Below are positions 42,813 to 52,182 of a DNA stretch of 64,000 nucleotides, piece after piece; the stretch's first letter is position 1; each line of letters starts with the position of its first letter. The DNA lies in NCBI GenBank assembly GCA_963777085.1, contig CAVZPI010000017.1, positions 81,615 to 145,614 on the forward strand, read 5' to 3'. The position numbers were made by a program, and so were the translations under genes. Source of the stretch: an uncultured Actinomycetes bacterium (GTDB taxonomy: Bacteria > Actinomycetota > Actinomycetes > S36-B12). Under the pieces are notes generated by a model that made no database searches, had not been told where the DNA came from, and saw only the letters and a program-made list of their open reading frames with translations.

Positions 42813-43853
42813 CTATGGGCAGGCGATGCGCTCGAAGAGTCGCTCGTAGTCCGTGACCATGCGCTCGGCGGTGAACCTGGTCTCGGCTTCTGCTCGGCAT
42901 TCGGCGCGGTCGAGCAGCGGCAGTCGTGCGACGGCGGCGACCGCCGCGTCGGCGTCCGGCACCAGGAAGCCCGTCCGCCCGTCGCGGACGAGCTCGGGCA
43001 ACGACCCTCGCGGCGTCGCGATCACCGGTGTGCCGGCGGCCAGCGACTCGACGACGGACAGGCCGAACGGCTCCTCGAAGTCGATCAGGTGCAGCAGGGC
43101 CAGGGCCCCGCCGAGCAGGCGATCGCGGTCCGTCGGACCGACCGGGCCGACATAGGAGATGCCATCGCGCCCGAGCAGCGGCTCGACCTCGGTGCGGAAG
43201 TAGTCCTCGTCCTGGACGATGCCGGCGATGACCAGCGGGAGGCCCGAGGCACGCGCCACGTCGATCGCCATCCGCGTTCCCTTGTCGGGATGGATGCGGC
43301 CCAGGAACAGCAGGTAGCCGCCGTCGCCGGCGCCGACGGTGAAGGCGCCGACGTCGATGCCGTGGTGGATGGTCGCCGCGTACGTCAGTGCGGGATGCCG
43401 GTTCGCGTCGCTGATCGCCACGTAGTGCGCGATGTCGTCGTAGGCGGCATACACCGGGACGATGCGCTCGGACGAGAACCCGTGGACGGTCGTCACGACG
43501 GGCGTGCGCACGAGTCGGCTGTAGGTGAGCGGCAGGAAGTCGAACTGGTTGGAGATGACGTCGAACTCGTCAGCGCGCTCGAAGACGGAGGCGATGTGCA
43601 GCGCCTCGAAGACCTTCGCGTCCATGCCGTCGGTCTCCTCGTAGCCCGCTGGGGCAACTGCACTCAGCGCCCCGGCGGTCATGGAGTCGGCCGTGGCGAA
43701 CAGTGTCACGTGGTGCCCGCGGGCGTGCAGGCCCTCGGCGAGGGTCGAGGCCACCTGCTCCCACGGCCCGTACGAGCGGGGTGGGGTGCGGTGCGCGATC
43801 GAGGCGAGAATTGCGATCCTGACGGGGGCCTCCGGCCAGCGGCGGGGGATCAC
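42813..43853 (-). CDS. GT4 family glycosyltransferase (opposite strand, between the two cassettes)
   Basis: GT-B motifs: LFLGRIHPDKG and EEPFGLSVVESLAAGTPVIA. Confidence 0.85.
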   Translation of the reverse strand: MIPRRWPEAPVRIAILASIAHRTPPRSYGPWEQVASTLAEGLHARGHHVTLFATADSMTAGALSAVAPAGYEETDGMDAKVFEALHIASVFERADEFDVISNQFDFLPLTYSRLVRTPVVTTVHGFSSERIVPVYAAYDDIAHYVAISDANRHPALTYAATIHHGIDVGAFTVGAGDGGYLLFLGRIHPDKGTRMAIDVARASGLPLVIAGIVQDEDYFRTEVEPLLGRDGISYVGPVGPTDRDRLLGGALALLHLIDFEEPFGLSVVESLAAGTPVIATPRGSLPELVRDGRTGFLVPDADAAVAAVARLPLLDRAECRAEAETRFTAERMVTDYERLFERIACP

Positions 43854-44045
43854 GGCGGCGGGGAGGACCGTCCGTGACTGTTACAGTGGCAGCATACGAC
43901 GACCATCAGGGTCGCGGTTACGGCGTCGCATCAGGCTGGCGCCCAGCAGGTCGTCATCGCGGGTCCGCGATGCAGTCAGGGACGTGGTTCCCCTCGAGTT
44001 CGGCAGCACTCGGCTGCGCCGTTCCACCATGCAGAAGGGCCTGTC

Positions 44046-45188
44046 TTGGCCACCAGCTTCGGAATGCTCAGCACGTACCCTCCCACCCAGTGCGGCCTGG
44101 CCACCTTCGCTCGTTCGCTGGTCGTCCAGTTCGCCGCCACGGGCGCGCCGATCGGCGTCGTGCGCATCGTCGACGAGATCGAGCCCGATGTCCGCTTCGT
44201 GACGCACCAGCTGGTCATCTCCGATCCGGCTGCGAGCCGGGCGGCAGCCCGCGCCCTCAACGAGTTCGACGTGGCGATCGTGCAGCACGAGTACGGCATC
44301 TTCGGCGGTCGCGACGGAGCGGACGTCATCGACGTGCTCGCCCGTGTGCGCGTTCCCGTCATCGTCGTGCTCCACACGGTGCTGTCCGATCCCAGCCCGC
44401 ACCAGCGTCTCCTGCTCGCCCGCGTCGTCGAGGCCGCGACCGTCGTCGTCACCATGACGCAGACCGCCCGCGCCCGCCTCATCGCCGGCTGGGACGTCGC
44501 CGAGGACAAGGTGACCGTGATCGCGCACGGGGCCGACGACAACCGCTCCGGCATCGCCGGGATCGCGGCGACCAAGCGCCCCACGATCCTCACCTGGGGC
44601 CTGCTCGGCGAGGGCAAGGGCATCGAGTGGGCGCTGGAGGCGATGGCCGGGCTTGCCGACCTGACGCCGCTGCCGCTGTACCGCGTGGTCGGCGAGACCC
44701 ACCCGCGAGTCTTCGAGCGGGAGGGCGAGGCGTACCGGAGCCGGCTGGAGGCGCAGGTCGAGGAGCTCGGGATCTCGTCGATGGTCGAGTTCGACGGCCG
44801 CTACCTCGACGCGCGGTCGCTGCAGCGCATCGTCGGCGAGGCCGACGTGGTGCTGCTGCCCTACGACTCCCGTGACCAGGTCACCTCCGGCGTGCTGACC
44901 GAGGCCGTCGTGGCGGGCAAGCCGGTCGTCTCCACACGCTTCCCGCACGCGATCGAGCTGCTCTCGACGGGCGCCGGAATCCTGGTGCCGCAACGGGATC
45001 CGATGGCCATCGGCTCGGCCCTGCGCTCGGTCCTGACCGAACCGGGACTGGCCGGGCACATGGCTGCGACGGCGCGCGCCCTCGCCCCGGGGCTGCTCTG
45101 GTCGGCCGTGGCGGAGCAGTACATGGACCTCGGCCGTTCACTGCACTCCGTACCGAGGCGCACTCCGTCGAAGCTGTCCGTGGCGTGA
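44046..45188 (+). CDS. GT4 family glycosyltransferase (cassette 2)
   Basis: MLSTYPPTQCGLATFARSL, VQHEYGIFGG. About half of the residues are identical to 38973-40154 by eye. Confidence 0.85.
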   Translation: MATSFGMLSTYPPTQCGLATFARSLVVQFAATGAPIGVVRIVDEIEPDVRFVTHQLVISDPAASRAAARALNEFDVAIVQHEYGIFGGRDGADVIDVLARVRVPVIVVLHTVLSDPSPHQRLLLARVVEAATVVVTMTQTARARLIAGWDVAEDKVTVIAHGADDNRSGIAGIAATKRPTILTWGLLGEGKGIEWALEAMAGLADLTPLPLYRVVGETHPRVFEREGEAYRSRLEAQVEELGISSMVEFDGRYLDARSLQRIVGEADVVLLPYDSRDQVTSGVLTEAVVAGKPVVSTRFPHAIELLSTGAGILVPQRDPMAIGSALRSVLTEPGLAGHMAATARALAPGLLWSAVAEQYMDLGRSLHSVPRRTPSKLSVA

Positions 45189-46203
45189 GACCGCCCGCGC
45201 CGCGCTTCGAGCACCTCTCGGCGATGAGCACCGACGTAGGGCTCTACGAGCACGCCCGGCTCCGCGTCCCGCGAACGGAGCACGGATTCTGCCTGGACGA
45301 CGTGGCACGGGGCCTGGTCGTGACGAGTCGGCAGCCGGATCCGTCGGACGAGGTGCAGCGCCTCACGCGCGTCTACCTCAGCTTCACCATCGCGGCGCAG
45401 GACAGCCACGGTCAGTCGCACAACCGCCGCGGCGGCGACGGTCGCTGGACCGACGAGGCTGGCGTCGGCGACCATTGGGGTCGCGCGATCTGGGGCCTGG
45501 GCACGGCTGCGGCGTCGAGTGCGGACGAGAGCGTGCGCGAGCGCGCCCTGCTCGGTGCGGCCACCTGCCTCCTGGCCCGTTCGCCCTACCCTCGCGCGAT
45601 GTCATACGCCGCGATCGGCTGCTACGAGGTCCTGCGCATCCGGCCCGGCGACGTGGGCGCGCTGTCGCTGCTCGCCGACGCCCGCGAGCTGCTCGTCCGC
45701 CCGGAGGAGGATCCCGCGTGGCCGTGGCCGGAGCCGCGGCTGACGTACGCCAACGCCGTGCTGGCGGAGGCCCTGCTCGTCATCGGCGATGCGCTCGACG
45801 ATGCGGCGGTTGTCCAGACGGGACTGCGCATGCTGACCTGGCTGCTCGCCCTCCAGACGCGCGGGCGCCACCTCTCGGTGACCCCGGCCGGCGGCTGGCA
45901 GCGGGGGAGCAGCTGCCCGCCTTCGACCAGCAGCCCATCGAGGTGACTGCTCTGGCCGAGGCCTGCCGACGGGCCTTCGAGCTGACCGGCGAGGCGGCGT
46001 GGCGCGATGCGCTCGATCGCTGCGCCACTTGGTTCCTGGGGTCCAACGACCTCGGCAAGCCGCTCTACGACGCCGCCACCGGTGGCGGCTACGACGGCCT
46101 GCATCGGGATCGGGTGAACATGAACATGGGCGCCGAGTCGACCCTGGCGGCACTTGCGACGCTCCAGCTGTGGCTGCTGGTCAGCCACGAGACCGCCGGA
46201 TGA
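45185..46203 (+). pseudogene. conserved hypothetical protein (cassette 2, middle gene), frameshift in a G-run at about 45903-45907
   Basis: ORF 45185-45946 continues in the frame of ORF 45475-46203 (…GEQLPAFDQQPIEVTALAEA…GAESTLAALATLQ). The switch is at GCGGGGGAG. Confidence 0.7.
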
Positions 46204-47672
46204 CCAACTCGGGACTCGTGCGCCGCACGGACATCGTCCTGCGGCCCGACCCCTCGCGCGTCATTGCCAGGACATTCCTGCCGGGGCAGGAGATGCGCAT
46301 CCCGGGGCAGTCCCGGGCTTCGGACGTGCTCGACCGCGTCCTGGAGATGGACGAGCAGGACGTCCGCCGTGTCCTCGCGGCGACGCTGGACTCGTTCGGC
46401 GCGCGCCATCGGAACCTGGCGGCCACCCTGGAGTCCCGTTTCGGTCTCGTCGAGCACCGCCTCGACTCGCCGGCGGAGGTGTCCAGGGAGCGGCGGCTGC
46501 TCATCGGCGCCTACTTCACGCGTGAGTACGCGGTGGAGGCGGCTGCCCTGTTCAACCCGTCGATGGTCTCGCACGTGAGCCAGGCCGGCCTGCCTGTCGG
46601 GTCGACCCGGTTCGTCATGAGCGTGCGCGGCGTCGGCGAGGGGCACATCTCCAGTATCGGCTTCCGCAGTGGCACGATCGACGCGTCCGACATGGTCGTG
46701 TTCGATGACATGAGCCCGACCACGGTGCTCGCGAATCGGGTCCCCACGACGTACTCCAGGACTGTCTTCGAGCAGCAGCTCGTCGAGCTCGGCGGCGACC
46801 AGAGCAGTGCGGACTACGTCATGGCCGTGCTGCCGCCGACGTTCAGTCGCGGGCACCTGGACTCGGCCCTGTGCCGCCTGGACGACCAGGGCCTGACCCG
46901 TGGTTCCGCGGCCAGGACGGTCGACCAGCTCGAGTGGATCGCGGCGTGCAACTACTCGACGATGTTCCCGGTCGACTCGAGCCTTCAGGAGCGTGTGATC
47001 TACCCCGGGTCGCCGGCCGAGAGCCATGGGCTGGAGGACGTCCGGCTGGTGCGCTTCACCGAGCCCGACGGGACCATCGACTACCGCGGCACCTACACCG
47101 CGTTCGACGGTGCGCGCGTCGTCCCGCAGTCGTTGCGCACCACGGACTTCCGGACCTTCCACGTGTCGCAGTTCAGCGGCCCGGCAGCGAAGGACAAGGG
47201 CATGGCGCTCTTCCCGAGGCGCGTCGACGGCCAGTACCTGGCGCTGTCCCGATGGGATCGCGAGAACAACGCGCTGGCGATGTCGGCTGACATGCTTCAC
47301 TGGGTGGAGATCGGCACGCTGCAGTCGCCGCGTCAGCCGTGGGAGCACGTGCAGCTCGGCAACTGCGGCCCGCCCATCGAGACAAAGGCCGGCTGGCTCG
47401 TGCTCACGCACGGAGTCGGACCGATGCGGGAGTACTGCATCGGGGCGATGCTGCTCGACCTGCAGGACCCCCGCATCGTGCTGGGGCAGCTGCGCGAACC
47501 GCTCATCAAGCCGACTTCGCATGATCGCAACGGCTACGTGCCGAACATCGTCTACTCGTGCGGCGGCATGCTGCACGGGGACACGCTCGTGCTTCCGTAC
47601 GGCTGCGACGACGCCCTGATCCGGTTGGCTCTCGTCGACATCCCGCCACTGCTGGCCCGTCTAGCCCCCTAG
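46200..47672 (+). CDS. GH130-like glycosidase/glycoside phosphorylase with N-terminal extension (cassette 2)
   Basis: LEDVRLVRF...YRGTYTAFD...GMALFPR...GNCGPPIETKAGWLVLTHGVGPMREYCIGAMLLDL...GYVPNIVYSCG. ATGA overlap with the preceding gene. Confidence 0.8.
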   Translation: MTNSGLVRRTDIVLRPDPSRVIARTFLPGQEMRIPGQSRASDVLDRVLEMDEQDVRRVLAATLDSFGARHRNLAATLESRFGLVEHRLDSPAEVSRERRLLIGAYFTREYAVEAAALFNPSMVSHVSQAGLPVGSTRFVMSVRGVGEGHISSIGFRSGTIDASDMVVFDDMSPTTVLANRVPTTYSRTVFEQQLVELGGDQSSADYVMAVLPPTFSRGHLDSALCRLDDQGLTRGSAARTVDQLEWIAACNYSTMFPVDSSLQERVIYPGSPAESHGLEDVRLVRFTEPDGTIDYRGTYTAFDGARVVPQSLRTTDFRTFHVSQFSGPAAKDKGMALFPRRVDGQYLALSRWDRENNALAMSADMLHWVEIGTLQSPRQPWEHVQLGNCGPPIETKAGWLVLTHGVGPMREYCIGAMLLDLQDPRIVLGQLREPLIKPTSHDRNGYVPNIVYSCGGMLHGDTLVLPYGCDDALIRLALVDIPPLLARLAP

Positions 47673-47706
47673 CCGCGAGAGCCCAGCCCCCGCGCCCCGC
47701 CCCCCT

Positions 47707-47777
47707 CCGTTTGTCCCGCTATCCGGGACAACTGGCCGAATGCGGGCCGGAATCGCGGGGATTTCGTCATCTGTCCC
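47707..47777. repeat. structured repeat, left copy (CCGTTTGTCCCGCTATCCGGGACA ... GATTTCGTCATCTGTCCC)
   Basis: Both terminal blocks recur as reverse complements at 49070-49140. It contains the mini-hairpin TGTCCCG-CTATC-CGGGACA. Confidence 0.85.
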
Positions 47778-48005
47778 GGCCCTCCCGCGGACTGCCGGTG
47801 CCTCCGGGCCTTCGTTCGGGCTTCCGCCTCGGCTGCTGCTGTGCGATAGTTGCCGTGAAATCGACACGAGAAGGGAGAAGCAGCGATGACCGTTGCCCTC
47901 TTCAGTGTTCGCGCGCGCCGACCCTGACTTGTCCGGGCAGCCGCGGACGCCAGCGTCCACAGCCACGACCGCACCTCAGCGGCGGTCTGCCTCCAGGAGC
48001 TCGCA

Positions 48006-49052
48006 TTGTCCTCGATCCACTCCCTGTACGACCTCGGCTGGCGTCCCTCGGACGCCGAATCTGTTGCCAGAGCAAGTGATCCATCCGTCCGCCCCGCACG
48101 CGTCATCCAGCAGGGCCGTGGCGCGTGGCACGTTCACGACGGCACGGACGAGCTGCTCGCCCGTGCTCGCACCCGCACCCTCGAGCCCACTCCGGTCACG
48201 GGCGACTGGGTACTCGTCAGCGGCACCGACCCGCGGGGCTGCCTCATCGAGTCGGTCCTGCCGCGCCGAACGACCCTGGCCCGGGCGGAGGCCGGCGGCC
48301 GCAGCGAGGCGCAGGTCATCGCGGCCAACGTCGATCTCGTCGCGATCTGCACGGCAGCGGACGCGGTCAACGTGCGACGGCTCGAGCGCGAGCTCACGGC
48401 CGTGTGGGCGTCCGGTGCCACGCCAGTCGTCGTCGTCACGAAGTCCGATCTCGTGGATGATCCCCGCGCGATCGTCGCTGACGCCAGCGGCGCGTGCGTC
48501 GGCGTCGACGTGGTCGCCGTCTCGGCAGTCCTGGGGGAGGGGCTCGAGTGCATCGAGTCGCACCTCGAGCGCGGGACGACCCTTGCCCTCATCGGCCCGT
48601 CCGGAGTGGGCAAGAGCAGCTTGGTGAACGCGCTCGCCGGTTCGCAGGTGTTGGCGACGACTGCCATCCGGGCGGACGGCAAGGGCCGGCACACCACGGC
48701 CTCGCGACATCTGGTGCCCCTGCCCGGGGGCGGACTGCTGCTCGACACCCCCGGCATGCGCGAGTTCGCACCGTGGGCCGGGGAGGAGGCGCTGGCCGGC
48801 ACGTTCGCGGATGTCGAGGAGCTCGCCGCTGGTTGCCGGTTCTCCGACTGCCGGCACGAGAGCGAGCCCGGGTGCGCCGTGCTGATCGCGGCATCGGGAG
48901 ACGAGGCCCTTTGGGAGCGGCTCGTCAGCTGGCGGGCGCTGCAGCGGGAGCTCGCGTGGCTGGCGAGGCGGCATGACTCGCGACTGATGGCGCTGGAGCG
49001 CAAGCGGTGGGCATCGATCTCGAAGAGCGCTCGTCACCTGAGCCGCCCGTGA
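48006..49052 (+). CDS. rsgA: ribosome small-subunit-dependent GTPase A
   Basis: Circularly permuted GTPase motifs (TKSDL, GPSGVGKSSLVN, DTPG) and the C-terminal zinc knuckle CRFSDCRHESEPGCAV. TTG start. Confidence 0.85.
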   Translation: MSSIHSLYDLGWRPSDAESVARASDPSVRPARVIQQGRGAWHVHDGTDELLARARTRTLEPTPVTGDWVLVSGTDPRGCLIESVLPRRTTLARAEAGGRSEAQVIAANVDLVAICTAADAVNVRRLERELTAVWASGATPVVVVTKSDLVDDPRAIVADASGACVGVDVVAVSAVLGEGLECIESHLERGTTLALIGPSGVGKSSLVNALAGSQVLATTAIRADGKGRHTTASRHLVPLPGGGLLLDTPGMREFAPWAGEEALAGTFADVEELAAGCRFSDCRHESEPGCAVLIAASGDEALWERLVSWRALQRELAWLARRHDSRLMALERKRWASISKSARHLSRP

Positions 49053-49069
49053 GGAAGACCGTCAGGACT

Positions 49070-49140
49070 GGGACAGATGACGAAATCGGCCCGCGAAGCG
49101 CCGTGATTTCGTCATGTGTCCCGGATAGCGGGACAAACGG
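49070..49140. repeat. structured repeat, right copy (inverted relative to 47707-47777)
   Basis: GGGACAGATGACGAAATC-17 nt-GATTTCGTCATGTGTCCC hairpin, followed by GGATAGCGGGACAAACGG. It lies between the convergent rsgA and ATP-grasp genes. Confidence 0.85.
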
Positions 49141-49148
49141 CTGGGGGG

Positions 49149-50150
49149 CTAGCGGTAGTGGGGGCGGACCTGCCAGTACGACGACAGGATCGCGTCCGCC
49201 TGCGCGGGCGAGAGCGTGGCGTGCCCGTCGACGGTGCGCTTGGCGCCCCCGGGGTAGGGCGTCAGCTCGTTGAACACGGGGTTGCCCTCGGCGGTCACGA
49301 ACCAGTCGACGCGGAGCATGTCCGACTCCTGCGAGAGCGCGGCGGACATCTCCACGAGCCGGGCCCACTGCTGCTCGCTCATGCTGGCGCGAGCCGCGAT
49401 CTGCTCCTGCTCGTCGTCGAAGTAGCGGCCCTGCTGCACCTCGTGGAAGCCGTCGTCCCGCCCGACGAAGGCGAACGACCGGGGGTTGCCGTCGAAGCAG
49501 TAGGCCTTGACCTCGACGGGAAGCCCGTGGCCGACGTCGAGGAACTGCTCCACGACGACGCGCCGCGGCACGTCGCGGTAGCCCCACTCGAGGAACCGGC
49601 GTGGCCCCCAGCCGTAGCCGCGGGCCAGCCAGTGGTCGCACAGTGCGACGATCCGGGCGGGATCGGCTCGGTCAGGATGCACGAGGAAGCGCACCCACCC
49701 GATGTCGTCCGCGGCGGCCGGCAGCTCGGTGGAGGGGTCCGCCCTCTCGCTGACCACGATGATGCCGCCGGAGGCGTGGTTGACCTTGACGACGTACTGG
49801 CGCGGCAGCGTCGTCCACGGGATCCCGCCGCCACGTGCGACGACGGCCAGCTGCGGGATCAGGCACTCGGCCGGGATGCGCGCCGCCGCGAACTCCCGTG
49901 CGCGGACCTTGTCGCAGTACGTATTGAGGATCGGCCGCCGGTCGCGCGCCATGCGGTAGAGCTTCTTCTCGCCGTACGTGACGGGGCCGCGCGTGCGCCA
50001 CCTGTCGACGGCCCCGGCGAGCGGCTCGGGCCACTGGCCGTGCACGAGCAGCCACGAGTACGCCAGGGGCGTCCGGAGCGGTGCCGGCAGCCCCTCGACT
50101 CGCTGCTTCAGGCCGTCGTGGCTTTCGGCGGTCGGCACGAGGCTCTTCAC
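49149..50150 (-). CDS. ATP-grasp fold amidoligase family protein (TupA-like)
   Basis: YVVKVNHASGG, EVKAYCFDG and LRVDWF....FNELTPYPG motifs, as I recall for the TupA-like ATP-grasp family. Confidence 0.7.
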   Translation of the reverse strand: MKSLVPTAESHDGLKQRVEGLPAPLRTPLAYSWLLVHGQWPEPLAGAVDRWRTRGPVTYGEKKLYRMARDRRPILNTYCDKVRAREFAAARIPAECLIPQLAVVARGGGIPWTTLPRQYVVKVNHASGGIIVVSERADPSTELPAAADDIGWVRFLVHPDRADPARIVALCDHWLARGYGWGPRRFLEWGYRDVPRRVVVEQFLDVGHGLPVEVKAYCFDGNPRSFAFVGRDDGFHEVQQGRYFDDEQEQIAARASMSEQQWARLVEMSAALSQESDMLRVDWFVTAEGNPVFNELTPYPGGAKRTVDGHATLSPAQADAILSSYWQVRPHYR

Positions 50151-50163
50151 TGGTCGGGTCGGC

Positions 50164-51963
50164 TCAGTCCTGGTCGGAGGCGCGCCGGCGCTGCTTGTCG
50201 TCGTACATCGCCCGGTCGGCCCGTGCGACGGCCGTCGCGGTGTCGTCGTCGCCCTCGTCGTCGCCGAGGATCGAGGCGCCCAGCGAGACGGACAGCTCGG
50301 CCGGCGTCCGTCCGATCATGACCGTCCCCCCGAGCTCGCGTCGCAGCCGTGCGACGACGGCCTCGGCCGGATCCGGGCCGGCCGCGGGAACGCGGGTGAC
50401 GACGACGAACTCGTCGCCGCCGACCCGGGCCACGATGTCCTCCTCGCGCGTGGACGCGACCAGCCGGCGCGCGACCTCGCGCAGCAGCTCGTCGCCGGCG
50501 GAATGCCCGACGCTGTCGTTGAGCGGCTTGAGCCGGTCGACATCGGCGTAGACGATCGCCGTCACCTGCCCGGGCGTGCGGCTCGTGCGAAGCTCCCGGA
50601 GCCGCTGCGACAGGCCCTCGCGGTTGAGCAGTCCGGTGAGCGGGTCGCGGGTGGCCAGATCGGCGAGCACGGTCTCGAGCCGCTTGCGGTCGGTCAGGTC
50701 GTTGCACTGGAGGATGACGTAGGTGGCCAGGCCGCTGACGTCGCGGACGGGGGCCGCTCCGAAGTCGACCCACACCGTGCTCGTACGCCCGCGCACCAGC
50801 TGCACGTCCAGGCGCAGGTCGTCGCCGCCCGCGACGACGTCGGCGAGCCCCGCGGTCACGTCGGCGCGGTCCTGCTCCGCCACGAGGTCGACCACCCGCA
50901 TCCCGACCAGCCCGGTCTCCGTGCGATCCAGCAGGCGTGCCAGCGCGGCATTGGCCATCTGCACCTCGGCCTCGAGGCTGACCACCGCTGTGGGCGCCGG
51001 GGTGTGCGCGAAGGCCTCCCACAGCCGCTGCCGCTCGGTGTCGAGCTCGTGCCGCGCCCGGCTCTGGCCGCCGCCGGCCACCGCCACGATGACGAGCAGC
51101 AGCACGACCGTGACGACCTGGGCGACGGCCGTGGCCGAGGCGTCGTCCGGCTCCACCTTCGACATGCCCCACGAGATCAGCGCGGGCGCGAACGGCACGA
51201 CCACCAGGGGTGGCAGCACGCGCCGCACGAGGGCCCGGTCGTACCTCTCGTCGAGCCCGGCCAGGGGCGGCTGGTCGGGACGGGCCGCCATCAGGGAGCC
51301 GGCGAGCAGGATCCCGATCAGGCCGGCACCGATCGACGTGCCGCCCAGGCCGAGGCTGCCGAAGAGGGAGGCCGAGCCGTAGACGTACGACATCAGGCTG
51401 AGCAGGCTGACGAGGCCGGCGAACACGGCGAGCCAGAACCGGATGCGAGCGGTCCGGTCGCGTCCGATGCCGAGCAGGAGCACCGAGGCGGCCAGCGACA
51501 TGGAGGCGAGCGAGGGCAGGGCCGTCACCAGGGTGGCGCCGGTCGCGCTTACCGGGTCCGAGCTCGGCAGCAGCCCGGCGCCGACGGCAAGGTCGACCGT
51601 GCCGGCAGCGACGATCGTGATGCCGGCCAGTACCCGGCCGAGGACGGCGCCGGTGCGGCCACCGCGATCCAGGAGGGTCGTCGCGATGACGAGGGCGCCG
51701 GCACCGGCGAGCGTGTATGGGTAGATCTCCGGCCACGTCGGCCGGATGCGCGTGATCCCGCTGGCCCCGAACGCGAGCCCGACGGTCATGACCACGATGA
51801 CGAGGGCGCCGCCGACGAGCAGGTAGCGGTGGAGGACGCCGAGGTCGGAGGCCAGGGTCCCGCCGCGATGGGACGTCGAAGGCTCGGTCACGCAGCAGCC
51901 GCCTTCCTCGTCCAGCTCGGGTACTCCAAGGTACCCGGCTTCGGCTCCGGGGCGGCCCGTCAT
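50164..51963 (-). CDS. membrane-anchored PAS-GGDEF diguanylate cyclase
   Basis: Multiple N-terminal transmembrane segments, a PAS-like segment, and a C-terminal domain with DPLTGLLNR and ARVGGDEFVVV. Start placed at ATG 51963; the longer ORF includes a foreign remnant. Confidence 0.85.
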   Translation of the reverse strand: MTGRPGAEAGYLGVPELDEEGGCCVTEPSTSHRGGTLASDLGVLHRYLLVGGALVIVVMTVGLAFGASGITRIRPTWPEIYPYTLAGAGALVIATTLLDRGGRTGAVLGRVLAGITIVAAGTVDLAVGAGLLPSSDPVSATGATLVTALPSLASMSLAASVLLLGIGRDRTARIRFWLAVFAGLVSLLSLMSYVYGSASLFGSLGLGGTSIGAGLIGILLAGSLMAARPDQPPLAGLDERYDRALVRRVLPPLVVVPFAPALISWGMSKVEPDDASATAVAQVVTVVLLLVIVAVAGGGQSRARHELDTERQRLWEAFAHTPAPTAVVSLEAEVQMANAALARLLDRTETGLVGMRVVDLVAEQDRADVTAGLADVVAGGDDLRLDVQLVRGRTSTVWVDFGAAPVRDVSGLATYVILQCNDLTDRKRLETVLADLATRDPLTGLLNREGLSQRLRELRTSRTPGQVTAIVYADVDRLKPLNDSVGHSAGDELLREVARRLVASTREEDIVARVGGDEFVVVTRVPAAGPDPAEAVVARLRRELGGTVMIGRTPAELSVSLGASILGDDEGDDDTATAVARADRAMYDDKQRRRASDQD

Positions 51964-52113
51964 GGTACCGACGGGCCGTCTTGGCAGCGTCCAGTGCGCG
52001 GACAGGAGGGCATCGAACTGCGTGGCCGAGAGCCGCGCGTGCCCGTCGATCCGCACCATGTCGATTCCCTCGGACAGGGAGCGGTTGGCCTCGTCGACCC
52101 ATGCTGGGCGCAC
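51964..52113 (-). pseudogene. C-terminal remnant of a second ATP-grasp amidoligase gene, fused in frame to the cyclase ORF
   Basis: WVDEANRSLSEGIDMVRIDGHARLSATQFDALLSAHWTL aligns with the C-terminus of 49149-50150 (WFVTAEGNPVFNELTPYPGGAKRTVDGHATLSPAQADAILSSYWQV). No stop codon separates it from the cyclase. Confidence 0.45.
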
Positions 52114-52182
52114 GGTTGCTGCCGTTGGCCGTTCTTCGGGCCGGAGAAGCGCCTACCGTGGGTTTCGAAGCGAGGAGCGTCG

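Noticed and set aside
47886-47927. 13-codon mini-ORF (MTVALFSVRARRP) with an AAGGGAG RBS in the rsgA leader, considered as a leader peptide
   Set aside because: There is no supporting attenuator structure or conserved codon bias that I could see. It is too short to support from sequence alone.
49978-52182. N-terminal 735 codons of the 1413-aa ORF 49978-54219
   Set aside because: This part is antisense to the ATP-grasp and GGDEF genes and has no motifs. A strong AGGAG RBS and the first transmembrane segment place the real start at 52183.
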